64,000 bases of DNA from Candidatus Aegiribacteria sp. (GTDB lineage: Bacteria; Fermentibacterota; Fermentibacteria; Fermentibacterales; JCC-6), in assembly GCA_030594645.1 (NCBI GenBank), contig JAUVEU010000001.1:81405-145404 (forward strand), in the 5' to 3' direction. The translations under genes and the position numbers were made by a program. Shown piece after piece: positions 37,601 through 45,331 of the stretch (positions are counted from its first letter, which is position 1; every line of letters begins with the position of its first letter). The notes under the pieces were generated by a model, which did not search any database, was not told the DNA's origin, and saw only the letters and a program-made list of their open reading frames with translations.

Positions 37601-37672
37601 TATGCCAAGCATGGCAAAAAATATCATGAGAAACGTGACTTTTCGCCTGACTGCAAGCTGCGGAAGATTCAT
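34622..37672 (-). CDS. Efflux RND transporter permease (HAE1/AcrB family).
   Basis: 1016 aa with 12 TM helices and two large periplasmic loops. AcrB-family conservation is evident. Confidence 0.92.
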   Translation of the reverse strand: MNLPQLAVRRKVTFLMIFFAMLGIGVFGVLNLGVDFYPEIQLPTVMVITSMRGAGPEEIETLISEVIESAVSTVEDVESINSVSSSGTSMVTIEFSSTADMKESEDRIREVLDEVKSQLPSEALDPYIFALASDNAPILELSFSSDCMSMTDLRWTVEEEIVPIIGRTQGVGHISTQGGFVRQVRVDVNPVLLSSYGLTMTHVERLLSAFGTDTPAGDLETGGLTLTLSIESGFHSVDQIRNTLVGQCAGGENILLGDIAHVYDGHEERETHTRLDGQPTIFCVIRKGPGSNTTEVCDNVERTLENIDSSYGGQIEIQIVSSFGDFIRRSMRNLFTIGILSIVAAALILFMFLRSWGASIIISLSMPLSIAATFAAMYFVGVNLNFISLAGLGLSIGMVVDNSIVVLENIHRLRERNLNLVESSIQGASEVGMAITASTLTTIAVFIPILLLPGIVGLLFRDMSLTVSFSLAVSLFVALTLIPLFSSRMRKLQSYRKTGAGNILDSAFESLEKRYSLLVEWATGHRLSVLLTTVAVFIASLFMLGFIPTEFMPTADQGRMEILISRATGTTLESSDSTARIIEEVLISAIEPADLEHIYTTLGRNTGNAALFGGTSATNEIEVRPFFSNSESRSRVMAEYEHLLREALEEIPGINVEFNAGDPLGGGWPIEIDIFGNDLDDLRETAGIVMREMEDIKGVVDLHSTLEKEIVQIAFVPNDVTLRLQNLSSADLAVELQLGLLGSNPSVLYEAGREIDIHLQIDSSFVMSREEILGLTILGSPLDVWGSFESRLIPRAIEHENQSRLATVRCGIQDRSLGSVVSDVEEMLDTLDLGDHRVVLGGETAEQRESFKGMIIAILVAGILVYMIMASQFESFLEPFIIIFLVPFAFIGVIWALLITGTTLTVTALIGVLMLIGIVVNNGIVLVDFANRQRKNGIDATEAVILAAKARIRPILMTAMTTIFAMLPLSLGTGESGGMWAPMARVVSGGLIVSTVLSLVVLPVLYSLLGRWKKVR

Positions 37673-38763
37673 GGTTTTCCCACCACAATTACGCTGTCAC
37701 CATCTGCAACAATGTCATGCCCGAGCACAATTATGCTGTCACCCGGTCGCAGCCCCGACAGTATCTCATACATTCCATTGTTTGAGATTCCGGTTTCTAC
37801 GGTACGAACAGATGCAAATCCGTTACGAACAACAGATATTTCCCATCCATCGTTAATCATTCTCAATACTGATTCTCTAACCACCAGAGTACTGTCTCTT
37901 TCTTCAAGTACTATGGATATTGTTCCCGTCATCCCTGTTCGCAGTATTGCGTCCTGATTGGGAATTCTTACTCCTGCAGATAGAAGCCCTGAAGTCTGAT
38001 CAATCATTGATGCTGTTGAATACACAACACCCTCGAAGACACTATCCGGTAGTATTGTAGGTTGAAAATACGCGGTAAGCCCCGGTTTTATGAACTGAAG
38101 GTGTTCTTCTGATAGAAAGACTTCCGCAGTTACTGATTCTGAATTCGATATGCTTAGAAGTGGACCTGTAGCCATATCACCCTTGCAGGCCCAGATCCTT
38201 ACAATCGATCCGTCAAAAGGCGCAGTTATACATCTATTTTCTTCTTCACTGACTGCTCTCATATATTCCGCCTGCGCAATTTCAACTTCGGCGTCAGCTG
38301 CATCCACTGAAGTTATCGCATCATCCAGCTCCTGTCGTGCTATTCCTCCTTCTTCAAAAATACTCACTGCTCTGTTGTAGTTATTCATGGCAATTTCGTG
38401 GCTTACCTGTGCTGCAATCAGAGCAGCTCCTCTGTTTTGAACAAAGGCTTTATTTACTTCATCTGTTTTAAGAGTTATGAGCAAAGTTCCTTCGCTTACA
38501 GTATCACCTTCTGATACATATATCTCTTCAATTTCAGAATTTGCAATCGCTGTTAATGTCGCGTCTTCCACTCCTTCCAGTCTTGCTGAAGCGTAAACCA
38601 GCCTTCTGATCTGTTCGTTTCTTACAACTTCTATCGTCACTGGAATTGCATTCTTCTCTTCAATTTCATCTTTACCGCAGGCTACTGTAATCAGGATAAG
38701 AAAAGTCAGCATAGAGGAAACAGCCTTACTGAACGATTTTGTTCGTACGTTCGTTCTATTCAT
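37669..38763 (-). CDS. Efflux RND transporter periplasmic adaptor subunit (MFP).
   Basis: 364 aa with MFP domain architecture. It overlaps the RND start by 4 nt. Confidence 0.85.
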   Translation of the reverse strand: MNRTNVRTKSFSKAVSSMLTFLILITVACGKDEIEEKNAIPVTIEVVRNEQIRRLVYASARLEGVEDATLTAIANSEIEEIYVSEGDTVSEGTLLITLKTDEVNKAFVQNRGAALIAAQVSHEIAMNNYNRAVSIFEEGGIARQELDDAITSVDAADAEVEIAQAEYMRAVSEEENRCITAPFDGSIVRIWACKGDMATGPLLSISNSESVTAEVFLSEEHLQFIKPGLTAYFQPTILPDSVFEGVVYSTASMIDQTSGLLSAGVRIPNQDAILRTGMTGTISIVLEERDSTLVVRESVLRMINDGWEISVVRNGFASVRTVETGISNNGMYEILSGLRPGDSIIVLGHDIVADGDSVIVVGKP

Positions 38764-38880
38764 AACGATGTGTTCTGCACAAATCTGTTCATTTGAAGCC
38801 CCCTGTCAGATGAAACTTATTCAGACTGCATCAGGTTTCGAGCTTTATTACGTTGATAAACCACTTCCGGAAGTCACCGC

Positions 38881-39357
38881 TCAGTATCCCATATCCATAG
38901 GCAGCATCAATTCTTCGTCTTCAAGTATGAAACTTGCATCATCAAATCCCGGCGCCCCGGACAATATGCTCCCTCTTACACCGTTTGATATACAGTACCC
39001 CTCCTTAGGCCCGAAGAGATTCATGTTCATTTCTCCATCTTCGTTCTCATCATGAAGTGCCGATACTGCATACTCTCCGAAGGTAAGATCATCGAATACG
39101 AACTGAACGGATTCCCCTTCAATAACCGACATAACTCTCCTGAAGGCTTTTTCCTGATCCCTGGGAAAACCATCCTCCGATGCCCAAAGCTCCACTCTAA
39201 CGTATCCATCACAGTTACGCAGAGCTTCAATCGAAACTACGATAGTTCCTGTCTGTTCCTCCGCACCGGATTCTGGTTCCCCTTCTTCGCCAAGAGCTAT
39301 CACAGGCGCAAGAAGAAGAATCAGTAGCATTCCTTTAATCACAATTCTCACTTTCAA
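38881..39357 (-). CDS. DUF2141 family secreted protein.
   Basis: 158 aa with a signal peptide. The DUF2141-like motif is HDENEDGEMNMNLFGPKEGYCISNG. Confidence 0.55.
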   Translation of the reverse strand: MKVRIVIKGMLLILLLAPVIALGEEGEPESGAEEQTGTIVVSIEALRNCDGYVRVELWASEDGFPRDQEKAFRRVMSVIEGESVQFVFDDLTFGEYAVSALHDENEDGEMNMNLFGPKEGYCISNGVRGSILSGAPGFDDASFILEDEELMLPMDMGY

Positions 39358-39422
39358 AGCATTACTCTTTTCCGTTTGATGTTTATGTATTCACTTGCTG
39401 CAATTCTATGAAGAGATAGTTC

Positions 39423-39434
39423 GAACGATCGTTC
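39423..39434. promoter_or_regulatory. Perfect 12 bp palindrome GAACGATCGTTC, a candidate TetR operator.
   Basis: It lies in the 199 bp AT-rich gap between the tetR stop and the start of the DUF2141/efflux operon. Confidence 0.3.
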
Positions 39435-39556
39435 TATACATATTTCATGAATTTGTTCCTGTCAAGATGTATTATCCGATAAAAACTTTTATGACAGGAA
39501 TGTCATTTCGAATCACTTTTACTTGCAGAATTGTCTGAACGCGTTGATATGACCTG

Positions 39557-40204
39557 TTACCGGTCTTTGTCCCATCCGGGAACAAGGCATCCTTCAAGAA
39601 GAATCTTCCAGGCACTGTCTATATATTCCATATCTATTTCAGGAGATTTATCATCTTCACTATTAAAGAAATCAAACCTTTTCTTTGAAAGAAACCAGAA
39701 TTCACAGAAAGCTGCATACATTGTAAGAATAAACCTTGGTTTAACATCGCTCCTGACAATACCAGATTCCTGCAATTTAATAATACCATTAATAAATAGC
39801 TCTGCCTTACTCTCCATTTGATCAGGGCATTCAACATGCATATTTTGTTCAGCATAAATCCATGCGATCATCTGCATATATCCCGGTTTTTTCATAAGAA
39901 TATCAAAGTAGCTGCCGGAACCAATCGCCATTTCGCGTACTTTTTCAATGGTCAAGCTAGAATCAATAATAGAATGCATTTTTTGCATCATCTCGTCTTT
40001 TTGAAAACCATGCAGCAGAGACTCATGCCATAGTTTTTCTTTCGATTTAAAATAGTAGTAAATCAAGCTTATTGTGACGTTTGCCCTGCTTGCTATGGAT
40101 CTTATGGATGTGCCTGAAAACCCGTTCTTTGCGAACAATTCACCTGCTGTTTCCAGGATCGCATTTCGTCTATCGATATTCAATCTACTGCCCTGTTCAG
40201 ACAC
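39557..40204 (-). CDS. TetR/AcrR family transcriptional regulator.
   Basis: The N-terminal HTH reads LFAKNGFSGTSIRSIASRANVTISLIYYYFKSKEKL. 215 aa. Confidence 0.85.
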   Translation of the reverse strand: MSEQGSRLNIDRRNAILETAGELFAKNGFSGTSIRSIASRANVTISLIYYYFKSKEKLWHESLLHGFQKDEMMQKMHSIIDSSLTIEKVREMAIGSGSYFDILMKKPGYMQMIAWIYAEQNMHVECPDQMESKAELFINGIIKLQESGIVRSDVKPRFILTMYAAFCEFWFLSKKRFDFFNSEDDKSPEIDMEYIDSAWKILLEGCLVPGWDKDR

Positions 40205-40363
40205 CCGTCACCCCTCTGCTGGTTTGTAGCCGGTATCACAAATATCATAATAATCATATTGTCAGATCGAGCTAATGTCAGGGCAGTGTAAACCCAGGGG
40301 AAGTAGCCGGCATCAAGTCCACAAACTACCTTCCTCAACTCGGGAGAAACAGCAGAGAAAACG

Positions 40364-41380
40364 CTATTGTATCTCCGGTGGTTCTTTATCGGCAAGCTCG
40401 CTGACCTGGGATGTTGTTACGCCCTCACGAATGGCTGCTATCAGCCCGACAAGAATTATCGGTACGAACTGCGTAGTATGGAAGAGTAATGCAAATATTC
40501 TGGTGTCTTCCACTGTTATTCCCACAAGACCAGGCAGTACAAGCACAAGGGCACCATGTACTGTTCCGGTTCCCGCAGGGGTGGGGATAAGCATTCCGAG
40601 GCCGGCCAGAATCAGAACAAGCAGAGGATAATACCAGAGCACTTCGAGGTGCATTGCGCTGAATACCGGCAGAACCGAAAGGGCCAGGGTTCCCCAGACA
40701 CAGAGTGAGTAGAATGCCACCTGAATGATCTCTCTCAAGTTTTTCAATACTTCAAGACCGTGAGAGAAGGAAACAAGCAACCGCTTAATTTTCTCTGAAA
40801 ATGAGTTTAGTCCGACCCATCTGAAAGGGGCGGAGATCGCTGCCGCTGCCTGTTCCTTCCACCTCCGGAGAGAAAGAAGCATCAGGAGAACAACGAAGTA
40901 GAGTAACGCGGCTCCAATCAACCCAAGCCTGATAGCAGTATCAAGTTCCGTCCACAGAACAGCCAGAACGATAAGAGTCATGGTGGCCAGAGTAAGCCCA
41001 TCGAATATCCGTGCAAGCACCACGGTGGCAAATGAGGATACTCTGGGTACTGAAGTCCGCCTTGAAAGGAGAAGTGCTCTGAGGATTTCACCAACTCGTC
41101 CGGGAAGCAGAGCATTAACCATGAAACCTGTAAGAAGAGGCCCTGACGCGTCTTTCATTGAGACCTCTGCCAGTGGAGATAGAAGGAGACGCCATCTTAA
41201 TATTCTGAAGAAATAGCTCAATGCGAGCGGAGGAAGAACTAGAAGCAGTACGGGCCAGGACATCTCCCCGAGAGAAGACATAAGCTGAACCATGTCCATT
41301 TTCCGGTAAGTGAGGAACAGGGCGATTCCTGCTACTATTATTCCCGGGATCAGGTGTTTCCAGATAGCGTGCTTTTTCAA
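40364..41380 (-). CDS. Lysylphosphatidylglycerol-synthase-TM-like / UPF0104 flippase-like membrane protein.
   Basis: It has 8 TM helices and a TIGR00374-like pattern (LRWRLLL..., LLPGRVGE). The start is called at TTG 41380 with a GGGACGGA Shine-Dalgarno site, 1 nt after the gmhA stop. The longer ORF to 41440 overlaps gmhA. Confidence 0.65.
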   Translation of the reverse strand: MKKHAIWKHLIPGIIVAGIALFLTYRKMDMVQLMSSLGEMSWPVLLLVLPPLALSYFFRILRWRLLLSPLAEVSMKDASGPLLTGFMVNALLPGRVGEILRALLLSRRTSVPRVSSFATVVLARIFDGLTLATMTLIVLAVLWTELDTAIRLGLIGAALLYFVVLLMLLSLRRWKEQAAAAISAPFRWVGLNSFSEKIKRLLVSFSHGLEVLKNLREIIQVAFYSLCVWGTLALSVLPVFSAMHLEVLWYYPLLVLILAGLGMLIPTPAGTGTVHGALVLVLPGLVGITVEDTRIFALLFHTTQFVPIILVGLIAAIREGVTTSQVSELADKEPPEIQ

Positions 41381-41381
41381 A

Positions 41382-41957
41382 TCAGCGATCCGTCCCGGAT
41401 GTACCTGTACATGCCTTTTCAACTGCCGAGCATATGGCATGTCCTGCTATAAGAAGCTCTTCCTGTATGTGACTGGTCTCGGTTGAGGTTGCTTTTACGG
41501 CAACATCGGCTTTTTGCGCGATGGCTCCCCCGTCACTGCCGGTGAACCCTACGATCTTCATGGATTTTCTTCGAGCTTCCACAACAGCTTTAATTACGTT
41601 TCGCGAATGTCCGCTTGTCGATATGGCAATCAGAACGTCTCCGGGTTTTCCCAGTGCCTGAAGCTGCCTGGCAAATATCTCTGAAAAATCGTAATCATTT
41701 GCTATGGCAGTAACAATAGCAGTATTGGCCGTAATCGCTATGGCTGGAATAGCATCCCGTTCAAGCCGGAATCGGCCGATCAATTCACCTGCCAGGTGCT
41801 GAGCATCTACAGCACTCCCGCCGTTCCCACAGAGGAAAATCGTTCCGCCGGAAAGAACAGATTCCACACATATATCGGACGCTTTTTCAATCATCTCACA
41901 GTTAAGCGAAGCAATCGAAGCCTTAGCGGTTTTTATGTATTTCTCTATTTCAGTCAT
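41382..41957 (-). CDS. gmhA: D-sedoheptulose-7-phosphate isomerase (SIS domain).
   Basis: SIS-domain motifs are present (LCGNGGSA.DAQH and ISTSGHSRN). 191 aa. Confidence 0.85.
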   Translation of the reverse strand: MTEIEKYIKTAKASIASLNCEMIEKASDICVESVLSGGTIFLCGNGGSAVDAQHLAGELIGRFRLERDAIPAIAITANTAIVTAIANDYDFSEIFARQLQALGKPGDVLIAISTSGHSRNVIKAVVEARRKSMKIVGFTGSDGGAIAQKADVAVKATSTETSHIQEELLIAGHAICSAVEKACTGTSGTDR

Positions 41958-42760
41958 TTACTTATCCTCCATTTTTCAACCGCGTCCCATACTTGTTGTA
42001 ATTCCATACCTCTTGATGTGGCCAGTACTGAATAGGCAGGTCTTGGTGCATCAAGATCAAGCTGTGCCCAGGTTGTTTCCTGAATTGTGCCGTTTACATA
42101 TTCCGCAAGCATAGTGGCGAGTTCGAATGGAGTCACCCCGGGATTGCTGGCAAGATGAAAAAGGCCGAACCTGCCACTGATAATAATCTTCATAACCGCT
42201 TCGGCAAGATCAGGCGCGTAGGTCAGGCAGGCAATCTGATCGGTAACAGCTGTAATCAGAGCATTTTCCGACAGCATTCTCCAGAAATACGGAACCATTC
42301 CCATCGATTCTGAAAACAGCCAGGAAGTTCTTATAACAATATTATCGGCAAACCCGCTAAGAGCTTCGGATTCTCCCTGAAGTTTGCTTTCTCCGTAAAT
42401 GTTGGCAGGTGATGGAGTATCATCCTCAAGAAATGGCTGAACACGGTCATACCTGCCATTGAAGACATGATCGGTTGAGAAGGTCACAAGTTTCCTGCCG
42501 GTGCGGGCAAGATTTCCGACTCCGTCTCTGTGTACTCTATAGGCCAGTTCCGGTCTTCTCTGACAAAGGTCGACATCTGTAACAGCTGAACAGTTTATGA
42601 TCCACTCTGGATCGGTTCTGTCAACTGCTCTCTGAACTGATTCCAGTTCGGTGATATCCACATCAGGAAGATCAACACCTTCCGCTTCATTTTCCAGCAG
42701 ATTCATAAACATGGAGCCCAGCTGCCCATTTGCACCGGTTATCAGAAATTTCTTCTTCAC
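41954..42760 (-). CDS. rfbD: dTDP-4-dehydrorhamnose reductase.
   Basis: An RmlD substrate-binding fold is indicated by GANGQLG and YGESK. It overlaps the gmhA start with ATGA. Confidence 0.85.
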   Translation of the reverse strand: MKKKFLITGANGQLGSMFMNLLENEAEGVDLPDVDITELESVQRAVDRTDPEWIINCSAVTDVDLCQRRPELAYRVHRDGVGNLARTGRKLVTFSTDHVFNGRYDRVQPFLEDDTPSPANIYGESKLQGESEALSGFADNIVIRTSWLFSESMGMVPYFWRMLSENALITAVTDQIACLTYAPDLAEAVMKIIISGRFGLFHLASNPGVTPFELATMLAEYVNGTIQETTWAQLDLDAPRPAYSVLATSRGMELQQVWDAVEKWRISK

Positions 42761-42778
42761 TTTTCCTCTTTATTCAAA

Positions 42779-43603
42779 TCATGTCATCAGCGGAAGCTGC
42801 GGTAATTCACAGTTGTTAAGAACTGTTTCAGGCATTTTTCCCGTAAGCAGATTGTAAGCGCCTGGAGCCACTCTGTCTACCTTATGTTTTAGTTCTTCTG
42901 AAAGCAGATTGTCACCGGGGTGATGTGCATCCGAAGAAAGAACGTGAACCATACCGGATTCAATAAGCCTCCAGGCTGTTTCAGCTGTCACTCCTGTTCC
43001 GGAAAGGCTTTTGGCGCAAACCTGAATACCCGCTCCCATCTCTGAAAGCCTGCTTATCCTTTCCGGACGAGTCCGGCACCATGAGTATCTCTCCGGATGG
43101 GCAAGCAGCGGTCTGAATCCCTGTCTTAAAACGGCTCTGATTCTAAATAGCGCAAATATCCATGGCATGTTGAATGAATGTTCAACCAGTACCCATGATG
43201 TTCCCGGAAGGCACAGAACATCAAGAGCATTCGCTGATGGTTTCCACCTGTCAAGCATTACTTCTCTTGCGGCAAGAACAGAGAATTCATCCTCTATTCT
43301 CGATCTGTTGGCAAAGGAAAGAAATTCAAGTATTCTTTTTGATTGAGAACTGAACACTCTTCCGCTGGTCGAAAGACGAAAATGAGGGGTTGCTACTAAA
43401 ACAGCGGGACGGGTCATCTGTTCTTTCATCTGACTGAAAAGTTGAGTGGATTCTTCCCAGGTTGCAGGGCCATCATCAACACCAGGAACAATATGACAGT
43501 GAAGGTCTATTAACTGTTGAATGGATGCCTCCTGACCGGGTAGATGACTGAATACTGTGGAGGGGAATATAGCCACGGCGATGAGTATTGTAATATCTGT
43601 CAT
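42779..43603 (-). CDS. CpsB/YwqE-type PHP-domain protein-tyrosine phosphatase.
   Basis: Motifs LIDLHCHIVPGVDDGP and SSDAHHPGDN are present. The start is called at ATG 43603, giving a signal/TM segment followed by the PHP domain. The upstream 50 codons of the longer ORF are Ser/Pro-rich and low-complexity. Confidence 0.75.
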   Translation of the reverse strand: MTDITILIAVAIFPSTVFSHLPGQEASIQQLIDLHCHIVPGVDDGPATWEESTQLFSQMKEQMTRPAVLVATPHFRLSTSGRVFSSQSKRILEFLSFANRSRIEDEFSVLAAREVMLDRWKPSANALDVLCLPGTSWVLVEHSFNMPWIFALFRIRAVLRQGFRPLLAHPERYSWCRTRPERISRLSEMGAGIQVCAKSLSGTGVTAETAWRLIESGMVHVLSSDAHHPGDNLLSEELKHKVDRVAPGAYNLLTGKMPETVLNNCELPQLPLMT

Positions 43604-44030
43604 TCTTGCTATACTGATTTTAGTTCCCGCAGCGCATGCGAACGAGGAAAGAGCTCTTGAACGCCTGATGGATGTTGTGTCAGGTCTTGAGGAACTTGGG
43701 GATGAGATGATCGGTGAACCTGTTACGGGAAACCTGACCCTCGGAAACACGATCTCCCGCGAATTGGTATTCGCCAGGGAATTTATGTACTTCCTCTACA
43801 TCTGGTCAGATTCATATTTCCATACCATCGAGTTCTGGCTGGAGAATTCTTCAGGTGATGTACACAGCATGGCGTATGGGGGTAATGCAACCCTGGCCGT
43901 TTTCCCGGACACAACGGGAAAATGGACACTCAAAATACTTCTCCATGAAGGAGCATTTTCGGATTCCGCGTCATATGCAGCTGTCATTTTCAGAGCACCG
44001 CGATATATCAAGTACTTTGATTCTGAGTAG
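43581..44030 (+). CDS. Hypothetical small secreted protein (opposite strand).
   Basis: It has a signal peptide (MSIVISVILAILILVPAAHA-NEE). It fills a 400 bp gap between two minus-strand genes. Its 5' end would overlap the CpsB start by about 23 bp. Confidence 0.35.
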   Translation: MSIVISVILAILILVPAAHANEERALERLMDVVSGLEELGDEMIGEPVTGNLTLGNTISRELVFAREFMYFLYIWSDSYFHTIEFWLENSSGDVHSMAYGGNATLAVFPDTTGKWTLKILLHEGAFSDSASYAAVIFRAPRYIKYFDSE

Positions 44031-44652
44031 TTTTCCTGATCAATTGCTCTGATTCCATCTGGGGGAAAATCTTAAGAACAGCGGATGAATCTTTCCGCCC
44101 GTGCAGAATAATGTGACCTGCCGGTTTTCCTGCAGAACCCACCGGTTGAAGTATTTCCGGAGTAATTCCTGCTGACTGACACCCAAGGATCATTCTCGGC
44201 AGAAGAGCGGGTCTGTTGATCATGATGAACACACCCCCTGAAATCAGCAGGTGTGCGGAGGCTCTGATAAAATAGTAGAGGAGCATATCTGAACCTGACC
44301 TTGAAATTCGTCGAGTTTTTTCAGGGCTGCTCCTGCCGGATGTGTTCCGTCCGAATGGAGGATTCATAATTACCGCATCAGCGATTGCACCGGTAAGCAC
44401 ACATGGAACTGCTTCAACATCGCAGCATATGCCTGACAGGTCAAGCTGTTTTCTCCGGAGTTCATCAGAACCGGTCATCATTTGAAGCAATTCTATCTGA
44501 AGTTCAATTCCGATCCATCTGCAATCCGCGTTCAGTGTAGAGGAAGCCAGAATTGCGCCGCCGGTTCCACAACCGAGTTCGATCACGACTGAACCGGGAG
44601 AAACATCAAGAGAACATGCGAGAAGCAGTGTATCCGTTGTCACAGATGTCAT
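44008..44652 (-). CDS. Class I SAM-dependent methyltransferase with an NPPF motif (N6-adenine / HemK-TrmN6-like).
   Basis: SAM-binding (VIELGCGTGG) and catalytic (DAVIMNPPFG) motifs are present. Confidence 0.75.
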   Translation of the reverse strand: MTSVTTDTLLLACSLDVSPGSVVIELGCGTGGAILASSTLNADCRWIGIELQIELLQMMTGSDELRRKQLDLSGICCDVEAVPCVLTGAIADAVIMNPPFGRNTSGRSSPEKTRRISRSGSDMLLYYFIRASAHLLISGGVFIMINRPALLPRMILGCQSAGITPEILQPVGSAGKPAGHIILHGRKDSSAVLKIFPQMESEQLIRKTTQNQST

Positions 44653-44701
44653 TTATTCATGATACGTTCTAATATCGGCGGGATTGGCAACTGATTCGCT
44701 G

Positions 44702-45316
44702 CTACCTGTAAGTAGCCTTTGCTACACCCCATGTGAATTGTCCTTCGGTATAATCTTCCGGCCTGTAATCAAACCATCTTTTTATCGACCATAATCCGTA
44801 ATTGTCCTCAATCATGAGAAATATCACCCGTCCTCTGGCCGGGTTGTCCCATCCGCAATGCTCACTGCCGGCGGCTACAATTTCATAGTCCCGATATATC
44901 TCGGCTGAATCGGATGGAGCCGTAGGATCTTGATGCTCGGCAACAGTGTTCATGATGAAGGACGCCTTGGTGGAATCCGGGAATCCCGAGCCTTCAATCG
45001 CGGCAAAAATATTAAGTACTGTGTTCTGCTCAACTTCATAGTCCCAGTTACTGAAATCCCATGAGCCTCCCCACTCCTCTATATCAGCATCATCCGCCAG
45101 AAACATGTAGGAGGAATCACAGCATGCCATGAACATCGAGATGGATCTGCCTTCAAAGGAATTCGAAAGGTTCAGTATCACTGTGGAAGGGGCATATGGC
45201 TGATACCAGGGAATGTCATCATCGGTTGGATATTCAGGGTCTCTTGGACCGAAAAATGAACATGAGCCGGCAAGAAGCAGGGCTGAAACGCTTGACAGAA
45301 TGAGCAGAGTTTTCAT
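44702..45316 (-). CDS. Hypothetical lipoprotein.
   Basis: 204 aa with a lipobox (LLAGSCS). It is acidic and Trp/Tyr-rich. Confidence 0.5.
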   Translation of the reverse strand: MKTLLILSSVSALLLAGSCSFFGPRDPEYPTDDDIPWYQPYAPSTVILNLSNSFEGRSISMFMACCDSSYMFLADDADIEEWGGSWDFSNWDYEVEQNTVLNIFAAIEGSGFPDSTKASFIMNTVAEHQDPTAPSDSAEIYRDYEIVAAGSEHCGWDNPARGRVIFLMIEDNYGLWSIKRWFDYRPEDYTEGQFTWGVAKATYR

Positions 45317-45331
45317 TTGTTCACCTTCAGT

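Noticed and set aside
39457-39503. A 9 bp inverted repeat with a 29 nt loop downstream of tetR, considered as a possible terminator.
   Set aside because: No U-tract follows on the transcribed (minus) strand. It is kept only as a secondary note under the operator finding.
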